Shown: positions 19,493 through 28,545 of the stretch, piece by piece
Position numbering within the stretch: the first letter of the stretch is position 1
How the letters are laid out: each line of letters starts with the position of its first letter
Assembly (NCBI GenBank): GCA_945900705.1
Contig: CAMDKJ010000001.1
Coordinates: forward strand, 1 to 62,692
Source: Bifidobacterium breve
GTDB taxonomy: Bacteria; Actinomycetota; Actinomycetes; S36-B12
Length of the DNA stretch: 62,692 nt
Direction: 5' to 3'
Notes under the pieces: generated by a model
Databases searched by the model: none
Told to the model about the DNA's origin: nothing
The model's input: only the letters and a program-made list of their open reading frames with translations
Position numbers and translations under genes: made by a program

Positions 19493-21079
19493 CTATCTTT
19501 CGGTTGCCTCGGTGAAATGCGGGTCGGGAAGCCTCCACACTGTATTGCGTACTTCGGGTGAAGAATCCAAAGTAAGCCCGCGCAGTGAAGATCCTCGAAG
19601 GCGGTAATCATTAGCTGCCAGGGTACGGGAAATTGACGCGAGTGATTTCGCGCTACTGAGGTCGTAGTAGTCGGCGGCTGCGGGGCCGGCATGATTCATC
19701 ACGGTGCTGATGATGGCAATCTCGGGTGTTTGCCGGTCACTGACCCGAAGGAACTCGATAACTCGCCCCTGCTGCGGCCAATCGATGAGCGAAGACGTAG
19801 TGATCTCCCAGAAGCCATGTGAGCCCTCTTGGTGCCACAGGGCAGCGTGATGGTGCACGTGACCTGCGAGCCAAGCAATCACATTGTTATGTGAGTGCAG
19901 GATGCCCATGAGTTCTGCGCTGAGAACACGGGGTGGTTCGTTCATGGGAGCGAAGGCATTTGTAAGACAAGGCGATGGGTGATGGGAAGCAATGACAATA
20001 TAACGATCACGATTGCGTTCAAGTTGTCTAACGAGCCAGGCGCATTGATCCGAATCAATAGACCCCTGCCAACCTCCGTGCGGATTAACCGTGTCCAACG
20101 TGATCAGCACTAGTTCGCCAATTTCGGAGGTGTAGTAGTTGCGTTCATGCATACTCGTTGACTTAAAGAGACGCGTGGTACGGGCGAACTCGGCAGGCCC
20201 TACGAAATCACGATCCGCATCAGCAGTTATTGACACAACGGGTGATGTCATGTCATGCGGGTAAGTGGCCGGCCCATTGGGTGCGACCGAGGATTTGATA
20301 TCGAAATCGGCTGGGGTGCGCCCATGCGGCAACCCGGTGATGCGCGCCGAGCCCATCGAAAGCTCACGCAATGCCGGTGTTGGCGCTACCGTGCCCTGGA
20401 GTAGTGCATCGTGATTTCCGTGCACGCTGAACCACGGAAGAGCTAGGCCCGGGGAGGCAATCTCTTGGCGGGCGGCCTCTATTAGGCCGGGGACCATTGG
20501 GTACCCGTAGATGCCCGACGGGCGGTCTGGTGGCAATCCGGCTGGTGGGCCATCGGGGTGCCAATATCGATCATCCCAAGTGGTTTCGTCACAAACTCCC
20601 ACCCAGGAGCTGCGGTCGCGATCACCAGATTTGGACGCGATTACCCCGCCCTCTAGCAGGGTTTCGTACCAGTGCAGTTCGTTCTTCTGGGCGTTATCGG
20701 TGAGGTCACCGGTAATCAGCACCGCATCGATAGTTGCACCCGAAACCGGGGCGATCTTGGTGGCATTGACGGTTTCAATCATGGCCAGTGCCACATGGAT
20801 GGTCAAGATCTCCTGCGGCCGGTAGGTGCCGATGTCACCGAGCTCCTCCCGAAACTCCGAATCGGGGTCGCTATATCTATCGATGTACTCGAGTCTGGAG
20901 GGCGATTCTGCGTCACAGATGTGTAGGTCGCTTAGGTGCCATAGGCACCCTAGGACTTCACCCGTTGTCGGAGTAGCGGTGTAGTCCTCACCTGGCGCAT
21001 TGCGCAACTCGCACCAGCCCTGTTCGTTTGCATCACCGCGCGCGATGACAGTTTGGATCGTAGTGTCGTCCATGCTCAT
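19493..21079 (-). CDS. Calcineurin-like metallophosphoesterase (large, insert-containing; resembles the actinobacterial TIGR03767-type family)
   Basis: All five metallophosphoesterase motifs can be read: HLSDLHICD, ITGDLTDN, VHGNHD, ASHHP and AGHVHHH. There is no N-terminal signal or Tat motif. The start overlaps the stop of the upstream ABC ATPase. Confidence 0.8.
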   Translation of the reverse strand: MSMDDTTIQTVIARGDANEQGWCELRNAPGEDYTATPTTGEVLGCLWHLSDLHICDAESPSRLEYIDRYSDPDSEFREELGDIGTYRPQEILTIHVALAMIETVNATKIAPVSGATIDAVLITGDLTDNAQKNELHWYETLLEGGVIASKSGDRDRSSWVGVCDETTWDDRYWHPDGPPAGLPPDRPSGIYGYPMVPGLIEAARQEIASPGLALPWFSVHGNHDALLQGTVAPTPALRELSMGSARITGLPHGRTPADFDIKSSVAPNGPATYPHDMTSPVVSITADADRDFVGPAEFARTTRLFKSTSMHERNYYTSEIGELVLITLDTVNPHGGWQGSIDSDQCAWLVRQLERNRDRYIVIASHHPSPCLTNAFAPMNEPPRVLSAELMGILHSHNNVIAWLAGHVHHHAALWHQEGSHGFWEITTSSLIDWPQQGRVIEFLRVSDRQTPEIAIISTVMNHAGPAAADYYDLSSAKSLASISRTLAANDYRLRGSSLRGLTLDSSPEVRNTVWRLPDPHFTEATER

Positions 21080-22125
21080 GCCACATCCACTCCAAAGAGA
21101 ACTACCTCGGTCACGTCATCGCGTATGCGGATAGCAACTCGATCACCAATTCTTAATCGAGCAGCATCTGCGCTGATCAAATCAGCCACGATATGTCCGT
21201 GAGTTGGGTCGGCGACTATCACTCTTGATATCGCACCCAGGAACGAGATGGTAAGAATTGTGCCGTCGCCATCATCGCGAACATCTAGGGCGATCTGCTC
21301 GGGGCGGATTACGGCGCGGGCCACGGCACCATTCGCGGGAGCGATTATCGAATTGAGTTGCTTACTAAGAACTTCCCACTTGTTGTCGGGGCGCCGCTGT
21401 GCACTGAAGGTGTTGGTAGTCCCTATGAATTCAGCAATGAAGGAGTTTGCGGGAGCCTCGTAGAGCTCACGCGGTGACGCCAACTGCTCGAGCCGGCCAT
21501 TGCTCATTACGCCAACTCGATCGGCAATTGCTAGTGCCTCGTATTGATCGTGCGTCACGAAGATAGTCGTCACACCGATTTCGAGTTGCAGTCGTCGGAT
21601 CTCATCTCGCAGCGATTCGCGTACTTTTGCATCGAGAGCCGACAGCGGCTCGTCTAGAAGAAGCACTCGGGGGGAGATGGCGATCGCACGAGCTAGGGCG
21701 ACTCGTTGTTTCTGCCCGCCGGACATCTGATGCGGGAACTTGTCAGCATGTTCTTCAAGTCTGGTGATATCGATCATGCGGTCTACGGTTTCTTTGCGAC
21801 TAGCACCGCCTATTTTTTGCATGCGCAGACCGAATTCGATGTTCTGGCGGGCAGTCATATTAGGAAACAGGCTGTACTCTTGGAAAACCATTCCGAATCC
21901 ACGCTTTTCTGGGGGCAGGTCGGAAATATCCTTGCTATCTATGAGCATCGTGCCGCTATCGGCCCGCTCGAACCCAGCCAAAATTCGTAATGCGGTCGTT
22001 TTACCGCAACCACTCGGGCCGAGTAGGCAGATCAATTCACCTGAACGAATATCGATGGTGAAATCCGCGAGCGCCACGGATGAACCGAATGACTTGGCTA
22101 TACCTTTCATGCTGACGATTGTCAT
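21076..22125 (-). CDS. ABC importer ATP-binding protein (PotA/FbpC-like)
   Basis: GPSGCGKTT, MSGGQKQR, LLLDEPLSALD and a C-terminal TOBE-like domain. The ATG at 22125 has a GGAG upstream. Confidence 0.9.
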   Translation of the reverse strand: MTIVSMKGIAKSFGSSVALADFTIDIRSGELICLLGPSGCGKTTALRILAGFERADSGTMLIDSKDISDLPPEKRGFGMVFQEYSLFPNMTARQNIEFGLRMQKIGGASRKETVDRMIDITRLEEHADKFPHQMSGGQKQRVALARAIAISPRVLLLDEPLSALDAKVRESLRDEIRRLQLEIGVTTIFVTHDQYEALAIADRVGVMSNGRLEQLASPRELYEAPANSFIAEFIGTTNTFSAQRRPDNKWEVLSKQLNSIIAPANGAVARAVIRPEQIALDVRDDGDGTILTISFLGAISRVIVADPTHGHIVADLISADAARLRIGDRVAIRIRDDVTEVVLFGVDVA

Positions 22126-22132
22126 TTGACTC

Positions 22133-22963
22133 CTAGACCCCACTCGCATGGAAGGTGAGGCCACGTCGTCGCATTGCGCGCACCACGAGGCCGAGTATCA
22201 CAGCGGTAAACACCATTACGAAAAGAGCCAGCGCGAGTCCGCCCCTCGGATCGCTTCGCTCGAAAGTGACCATCTCGGTCGGCAGGGTTGACTTAAGCAG
22301 AAGCGAAGCGAACGCGAACTCACCTAGGACAAGAGCGGTAGTTAGTGCTGCCGACGCGATCATTGACGATCGCATATTGGGCAAGATCACCCTAAGCATT
22401 ACCGCAGGGAAGGACGCTCCCATTCCCCTTGCTGCTTCGTAGAGAGTTCGTGCATTGATCGCTCGCAATCCGGCATCAAGCAGCCGATAGGTGAACGGCA
22501 TTGCCCACAGGGCATAGAAAGGGACGAGGCTCAAATTGCTAGCGAGAAACCACGGTGCTGCAATGCGAAATGTTGCAGCGACTCCGACGACAAGGGCAAT
22601 AGGAGGAATGACCCAAGGCAGGAGGGTAAGTGCGGTGATGATGGGACGAAGTGCAGGGTTACGTACCTCTGTCACAATCGCCAGCGGTACCAAGATGACG
22701 AGATTTAGGATGATGCTCAGCACAACAATTTGAATACTGGTCCAGGTGGCACTGATGATTTGCGGGTCAGTGAGGGCAGTCTGTAGACCAGCAGCCGACC
22801 ACCCGGTGAGTAGCTTCTCCGGTGTCAGTAGTGCCATAGGCACGTTCTGAAAAGCGAATCTGGCCATGGCGAGCAGCGGCAGAGCGAAATAGCCTGCAAT
22901 CAGGATCAGGAAAGCTGCCCGAAATATATGGCTCCTCTTTTGGGCTGCGGCCTGGCTTGTCAT
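22133..22963 (-). CDS. ABC importer permease
   Basis: Multi-TM protein with the EAA loop YEAARGMGASFPAVMLRVILPNM. An ATGA start/stop overlap links it to the upstream permease. Confidence 0.85.
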   Translation of the reverse strand: MTSQAAAQKRSHIFRAAFLILIAGYFALPLLAMARFAFQNVPMALLTPEKLLTGWSAAGLQTALTDPQIISATWTSIQIVVLSIILNLVILVPLAIVTEVRNPALRPIITALTLLPWVIPPIALVVGVAATFRIAAPWFLASNLSLVPFYALWAMPFTYRLLDAGLRAINARTLYEAARGMGASFPAVMLRVILPNMRSSMIASAALTTALVLGEFAFASLLLKSTLPTEMVTFERSDPRGGLALALFVMVFTAVILGLVVRAMRRRGLTFHASGV

Positions 22964-23817
22964 GAGCGCGTCCAACGAAGTGCGCGGCGCTGCAACAATG
23001 TCACGAGGAGAAGTGTCAGGAGCAGCAGAATGATTACCCAAGTGACGATGGCATTTGCTAGATCTTCTTCTCCAGTAATGACATTTCCTTGCAGGAGAAA
23101 CCTAATTTGTAGCGGGACAATATTTAGACTTGCATTTAGTACGGCTGCCGTGGAGTAAGCGGTGAAGGCATTTACGAAGAGGAGAAGGATTCCGCCGAGG
23201 GTGGCCGGGAGAAGTAGTGGGAGCCCCACCGAACGCCAGTATTGAAGTGGTGAGGCACCGAGGATTAGAGCGGCTTCACGCCAGGTTTCGCGCAGGCCAT
23301 GTACCGCCGGTGTCATCACCAAGAACATGAGCGGGATCTGAAAGTAGAGATATACGAATACCAATCCCCAAAATCCGCTGATGCTAAGACCGAAGTTGGC
23401 GGGGTCTACGCCGAGCTGCATCAGGAGCTTGGTTAGCAGGCCCTGAGTGCCTATCGTCGCGATGAACGCGAAGGCAAGTGGTACCCCACCGAGCTGGGAC
23501 GCGACAGCTGACCACGAATCGAGGATGGTGTGCAGCCAGCGTGGCCGAGTCATCCCTTTGACGGCCAGAGCGAGGGCTAGGCCAATGGCGCCGCCGATAA
23601 CCGCTGAAGCAAGTGACAACCACGCTGAATTGATGAATCCGCTTCGGTAGGTGCCGCTGAGGGCGCGCGTCATCGCAGAAAGCCCGAAGGCGCCGCCGGG
23701 TGTGAGCGCTTTGAAGAGCACCACGAGGGATGGATAGATCAAGAAAAGGCCGATAAATGCGCTGAATGGGACAGCAACTATTAAGCCAAGTCGGTTGCCG
23801 CGTAAAAACGCTCCCAC
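22960..23817 (-). CDS. ABC importer permease
   Basis: Multi-TM protein with the EAA loop WREAALILGASPLQYWRSVGLPLLLP. Confidence 0.85.
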   Translation of the reverse strand: MGAFLRGNRLGLIVAVPFSAFIGLFLIYPSLVVLFKALTPGGAFGLSAMTRALSGTYRSGFINSAWLSLASAVIGGAIGLALALAVKGMTRPRWLHTILDSWSAVASQLGGVPLAFAFIATIGTQGLLTKLLMQLGVDPANFGLSISGFWGLVFVYLYFQIPLMFLVMTPAVHGLRETWREAALILGASPLQYWRSVGLPLLLPATLGGILLLFVNAFTAYSTAAVLNASLNIVPLQIRFLLQGNVITGEEDLANAIVTWVIILLLLTLLLVTLLQRRALRWTRS

Positions 23818-23880
23818 GATTATCGCCCAGACCTCTCAATGTAATTTATGCGAACCTAAACCTAGGCGCAGACTGGCCTT

Positions 23881-23924
23881 AATGCTGATAGGCGCCAACC
23901 ATCAGGTTGGCGCCTATCAGCATT
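23881..23924 (-). terminator. Perfect 20-bp stem / 4-nt loop hairpin just after the SBP gene, inside the operon (mRNA stabiliser or partial attenuator)
   Basis: aatgctgataggcgccaacc-atca-ggttggcgcctatcagcatt. It begins 7 nt after the SBP stop. No U-tract follows on the minus strand. Confidence 0.6.
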
Positions 23925-23931
23925 TTGTGAT

Positions 23932-25119
23932 TTATGCGTCGGCGACTTTCGGGCCCCATTGCTCGGTGAGCTGAGCCTTCAGTAGTTCAACCTGTTCCAT
24001 CGTCGGGAAGGTGATCTGAGCGAGCTGCTCCTCCGTAGGGAGGTTCTTTGCGAGTTCAGGGGTGATCAAGCCGGCAGCTTGCATTGCCCCGAGTCGCGCT
24101 GGGACAGCGCCACCTGTGATGTAACCGAGTGCGCCATCGTTACCGGTGATGTGCTCCATCCAAAGGCGGGCTGCGCACGGGTGCACCGTGTCGGAGACGA
24201 TTCCTTGGGCGTAGTAACCACCGTATAGACCATCGGTTGGGATGGAGATGTTCAGATCGAAGCCGGCCTCTTTCATCACTGGCACGATCGCCGGGAAGTT
24301 GTAGGTCCAGTCAAGTGCGATCGGAACATCACCTGAAAGTAGGGCAGCTGGAGTCACGTCAACCGTTTGGAGGTTGCCCAACTTCTTCAATTCGGCGAAG
24401 TATTCGATACCCGGGGTTAGGTCGTCGTAGGAACCGCCATTAGCAAGCGATGCGGCAACAACCGCCGCGAACGCGGCGCCAGCCTCACGTGGATCGCCAT
24501 TTAGCGTGACCATGCCCTTGTATTCAGGCTTTAGCAGATCGGCGTAAGACTTTGGCGGATTCTTCACCAAAGTGCTATTGGAGGCGATAGACATAATTCC
24601 GTAGTACGAGCCGACCCAATTACCTGCTGGATCCTTGAGATTGTCGGGGATTTCAGACCAATTGGTGGTTTGGTACTGAGCCGACATTCCTTCGTTCACG
24701 AACTGCTCCAGGAATGACGGTCCGATGTCGACGCTGTCAGGCTTGGATGGCTGGCCCGCCAGGGTCGCGATGGCGGTGAGTTCATCGGCCGAGGATGCAT
24801 CCGGGTTGGCTACAACCGGGGTGATGCCGTAGTTGTCGGCGAAAGATTGCAAGATGCCCTTGTAGTTCGCCCATGAATCAGGTAGCGCGATGAGGTTCAA
24901 CCCTCCTTCAGCCTGGGCTGCCGCGGCAATTTCCTCGACGGTGGTACCACACTGTGGGTCAGCCGGTGCACTCTCAGCTGGCGCGCTAACGGTTGGCTCG
25001 GCCGAAGCTTCAACTGTTGCGGCGGCACTTGATGATTCAGTTGAGGTGGTGGTGGATGAACATGCTGAAATAAGTGCAACAGCAAGTAAGACCGGCACTG
25101 CGAGCAGTGACTTGCGCAT
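23932..25119 (-). CDS. ABC importer substrate-binding lipoprotein (PotD/family-1-like)
   Basis: Lipobox LLAVALISAC followed by a Ser/Thr/Ala-rich linker. Length is 395 aa. It is the first gene of the SBP-permease-permease-ATPase-phosphoesterase operon. Confidence 0.85.
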   Translation of the reverse strand: MRKSLLAVPVLLAVALISACSSTTTSTESSSAAATVEASAEPTVSAPAESAPADPQCGTTVEEIAAAAQAEGGLNLIALPDSWANYKGILQSFADNYGITPVVANPDASSADELTAIATLAGQPSKPDSVDIGPSFLEQFVNEGMSAQYQTTNWSEIPDNLKDPAGNWVGSYYGIMSIASNSTLVKNPPKSYADLLKPEYKGMVTLNGDPREAGAAFAAVVAASLANGGSYDDLTPGIEYFAELKKLGNLQTVDVTPAALLSGDVPIALDWTYNFPAIVPVMKEAGFDLNISIPTDGLYGGYYAQGIVSDTVHPCAARLWMEHITGNDGALGYITGGAVPARLGAMQAAGLITPELAKNLPTEEQLAQITFPTMEQVELLKAQLTEQWGPKVADA

Positions 25120-25317
25120 TTCGCGTTCCTCTCATTGGTTGGTTAACAAGCGGAGACTATGAGGGTGAAATGTCTTGAATGCGCATCGAAAGTGAGCGGC
25201 ATATGAATGGTCAGTTGCGGATGGAGGAAAAATTCGCCAAAGGTAACTAATAGGGGTGGACTTGTCTGAAATTGAGTAGTACACGATATGTACCCCCGGT
25301 GCGGACCACATAGTTGC

Positions 25318-25386
25318 TGAGTGCGCGCGTTTTTGTCGTTAAATCACCGGAATTTGGCTTTTTCACGACAAAAACGTGCGCGCTCA
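25318..25386 (+). promoter_or_regulatory. Long hairpin in the typA 5' leader (22-bp stem, 25-nt loop)
   Basis: Positions 25318-25339 pair with 25365-25386. Twenty pairs are Watson-Crick and two are G.U, and the G.U pairs exist only in the plus-strand RNA. The hairpin ends 56 nt before the typA start. Confidence 0.5.
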
Positions 25387-25442
25387 CGCAGTTGCTCAAT
25401 GTCAGCGTTTTCACTGATCGGCTCTGCACCACATAGGCTGCC

Positions 25443-27314
25443 GTGGTGACCCTCCGCGAAGATCTTCGAAATGTTGCCATTATTGCCCACGTCGATCACG
25501 GCAAAACCACTCTTGTTGACGCCATGCTGTGGCAATCGGGGGCCTTTCGCGAGAATCAGGACGTCAATGACCGAGTCATGGATTCCATGGATCTTGAGCG
25601 CGAAAAGGGCATCACGATCTTGGCGAAGAACACCTCGGTGCACTACACCGGCGCGGGAGCCCCGGAGGGTGGTGTCACCTTCAACATCATCGATACCCCC
25701 GGCCACGCCGACTTCGGCGGTGAGGTCGAGCGCGGCCTAGAGATGGTCGACGGCGTTGTGCTGCTCGTGGATGCATCTGAAGGCCCGCTGCCACAGACCC
25801 GCTTCGTGCTGCGCAAGGCCCTGCAGAAGAACCTGCCGGTTGTCCTGGTTATCAACAAAGTTGACCGCCCCGACGCACGCATCGGCGAGGTCGTTGATGA
25901 GACCTACGAGCTGTTCTTGGATTTAGACGCCACGGAGAAGCAAATTGACTTCCCGATTGTTTACACAAGTGCCAAGGCCGGCCGCGCATCACTGACGCGC
26001 ACCGCTGACGGTGGCATGCCCGAGGAAGAAAGCCTCGAACCGCTGTTCACGACATTACTCAAGACGGTACCGGCTCCCTCATATGACGAGGCCAAGCCTT
26101 TGCAAGCGCACGTCACCAACCTTGATGCCTCGCCTTACCTCGGTCGCCTTGCACTTTGTCGCGTGCACCAGGGCTACATAAAAAAGGGCCAGCAGGTGGC
26201 CTGGATGAAAGCCGATGGCACCGTCGAACGTGCCAAGGTAGTTGAACTACTCATCACCAAAGCCCTAACCCGGGTGCCCGCTGATAGTGCAGGCCCCGGT
26301 GACATCATCGCGGTTGCCGGCATCCCAGAGATCACCATCGGTGAGACCCTCGCTGATATCGATAATCCGGTAGCGCTTCCGGTGATCACCGTTGATGAGC
26401 CGTCCATCTCGATGACATTCGGCATCAACACTGCACCCCTTGCGGGCAAGAGCGGCAAGAAGCTCACCGCCAGCATGGTTAAGGCGCGGCTGGAGCAAGA
26501 GCTCGTCGGCAATGTGTCGATTCGAATGAACCAGACCGAGCGCCCCGACACCTGGGAGATCCAAGGCCGCGGTGAACTCCAGTTGGCGATCCTCGTTGAG
26601 ATGATGCGACGTGAGGACTTCGAGCTCACCGTCGGTAAGCCGCAGGTCGTTACGCGCATCATTGACGGCAAAATCAATGAGCCGATGGAGCGCCTGAGCG
26701 TCGACATCCCCGAGGACTACCTCGGCGTCGTGACCCAACTAATGGCGCTACGCAAAGGCCGCATGGAGCAGATGGTCAACCACGGCACCGGCTGGGTCCG
26801 CATGGACTACATCGTCCCGGCCCGTGGCCTGATCGGCTTTCGCACCGAGTTCCTCACTGAGACTCGCGGAACCGGCCTATTGCACCACGTCTTCGAGCGC
26901 TACGAGCCCTGGCATGGCGAGCTGCGCACCCGCCCGACCGGCTCACTCGTGGCCGATCGCACTGGTCCAACAACCGGCTTTGCGTTGGCGAACCTCCAAG
27001 ATCGCGGCACCATGTTCGTCGGTCCTGGCACCGAGGTATACGAAGGCATGATCGTCGGTGAGAATTCAAGGTCTGATGACATGGACGTCAACCCGACCAA
27101 GGAGAAAAAACTCACCAATATGCGCCAGTCCTCAGGCGATATCTTGGTGCCCCTCATCCCGCATAAGCAGCTTTCGCTAGAGCAGGCCCTCGAGTTCTGC
27201 CGTGAGGACGAATGCGTCGAGGTGACCCCGGCAACGGTACGGATCCGCAAGGTGCTGCTGATGGCCGCCGACCGTTCGAAAGCAGGGCGTAAGCCCAAAG
27301 CCCAATCCCAGTAG
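25443..27314 (+). CDS. typA: Translational GTPase TypA/BipA
   Basis: [33 protein letters not shown] and NKVDR, with an EF-G-like domain order. Length is 623 aa. Confidence 0.95.
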   Translation: MVTLREDLRNVAIIAHVDHGKTTLVDAMLWQSGAFRENQDVNDRVMDSMDLEREKGITILAKNTSVHYTGAGAPEGGVTFNIIDTPGHADFGGEVERGLEMVDGVVLLVDASEGPLPQTRFVLRKALQKNLPVVLVINKVDRPDARIGEVVDETYELFLDLDATEKQIDFPIVYTSAKAGRASLTRTADGGMPEEESLEPLFTTLLKTVPAPSYDEAKPLQAHVTNLDASPYLGRLALCRVHQGYIKKGQQVAWMKADGTVERAKVVELLITKALTRVPADSAGPGDIIAVAGIPEITIGETLADIDNPVALPVITVDEPSISMTFGINTAPLAGKSGKKLTASMVKARLEQELVGNVSIRMNQTERPDTWEIQGRGELQLAILVEMMRREDFELTVGKPQVVTRIIDGKINEPMERLSVDIPEDYLGVVTQLMALRKGRMEQMVNHGTGWVRMDYIVPARGLIGFRTEFLTETRGTGLLHHVFERYEPWHGELRTRPTGSLVADRTGPTTGFALANLQDRGTMFVGPGTEVYEGMIVGENSRSDDMDVNPTKEKKLTNMRQSSGDILVPLIPHKQLSLEQALEFCREDECVEVTPATVRIRKVLLMAADRSKAGRKPKAQSQ

Positions 27315-27444
27315 TTCGCTCTTTGGCACAACTAGGTCACAATCTCACCCTTTTGTCCGGTACGGGCTTGCCGGGTTGTTACTGAGGAGTAACATCGAGG
27401 GATGTATTTAGCTCGGTCGATGGGCTTAAAAAAAGGGGGGTGGG

Positions 27445-28431
27445 TTGACGAAAAAGCTAGCGGTTACCGACACCCCTGCGGCCTTAGCCGACGTTGAATT
27501 TGCCAGCCGATCCCTTAGACAAATTGTTTGGACGCGCCTGCGCCGCGACAAATTGGCAATGGTCTGTCTCATAATTTTAATGGGTCTATATCTGACCGCG
27601 ATTTTCGCGCCCGTTATCTGTGGATTATTGGGCGTTGACCCATACTCATTCGACAAAGAATCAATCAGTGATAGCGGCGGCGGCCCGGTCGGCACCTGGG
27701 GCGGTATCAGCACCGAACACCCGCTCGGAGTTGAGTGGGGTACCGGGCGCGATATTTTCGCGCAATTGCTTTACGGCCTCCGAATCTCGCTACTGATTGC
27801 AACCACCGCGACCATTCTCACCGTCTTTTTCGGAACGGTATTAGGAATTATCTCCGGTTACGCCGGCGGCAAGACCGATGCCGTGATCGGGCGCACCATG
27901 GATCTCATTCTTGCCTTCCCGTTCCTGCTCATCATCTTGGCAATGTCGGGAGTGTTGACCCAGCGTCTTACTGATCTTGGGGTGCCAGACGGTAATCCTT
28001 CACGCATCTTGTATCTAATAATCGTATTAAGTATTTTTGGTTGGCCTTATTTGGCGCGCATTGTTCGTGGCCAAGTTTTGAGTGTGCGGGAACGTGAGTT
28101 CGTTGAAGCCTCAATCGCGATGGGGGCTAGCCGGTATCGCATCTTATTTAAGGAAATCCTGCCAAATCTCTGGGCACCTATTCTCGTCTATGCAACTTTG
28201 ACACTGCCAACATATGTTGGCACCGAGGCGGCGCTGTCATTCCTTGGAGTCGGGGTGCTGCCGCCGGACACTTCATTCGGTGGCATGTTGGGTAATTCGG
28301 TCAGCTACTTCAGCGTGGTTCCGTCCTATTTATTTATTCCAGGCACCGTCCTGGTGATTCTTGTTGTCACGTTTAACCTCGTCGGGGACGCTGTCCGCGA
28401 CGCCCTAGATCCCCGCGCCGGACGGGTGTGA
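27445..28431 (+). CDS. Oligopeptide/dipeptide ABC transporter permease (OppC/DppC-like)
   Basis: OppC-type N-terminus and the EAA loop EFVEASIAMGASRYRILFKEILPN. The start is TTG, preceded by a G-rich SD. Confidence 0.85.
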   Translation: MTKKLAVTDTPAALADVEFASRSLRQIVWTRLRRDKLAMVCLIILMGLYLTAIFAPVICGLLGVDPYSFDKESISDSGGGPVGTWGGISTEHPLGVEWGTGRDIFAQLLYGLRISLLIATTATILTVFFGTVLGIISGYAGGKTDAVIGRTMDLILAFPFLLIILAMSGVLTQRLTDLGVPDGNPSRILYLIIVLSIFGWPYLARIVRGQVLSVREREFVEASIAMGASRYRILFKEILPNLWAPILVYATLTLPTYVGTEAALSFLGVGVLPPDTSFGGMLGNSVSYFSVVPSYLFIPGTVLVILVVTFNLVGDAVRDALDPRAGRV

Positions 28432-28545
28432 GCCAAATGCCCACGCTTTCGGTACCGAAGAAGATCGGTAACCTGGCTGCAATCAGGCCACGGGGACGCG
28501 ATGTCGTGGACCAAGGCAACTTGGTCCGATTTATTGGGAGGAAAC

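Noticed and set aside
25159-25181. Pho-box-like direct repeats (GTGAA / TGAA about 10 nt apart) upstream of the SBP gene
   Set aside because: The match to the actinobacterial 11-nt PHO unit is poor and the spacing is off by one. I keep it only as a test suggestion for the phosphoesterase operon.
25344-25706. 120-aa minus-strand ORF across the typA start
   Set aside because: It is antisense to the GTP-binding domain of typA and has no motifs.
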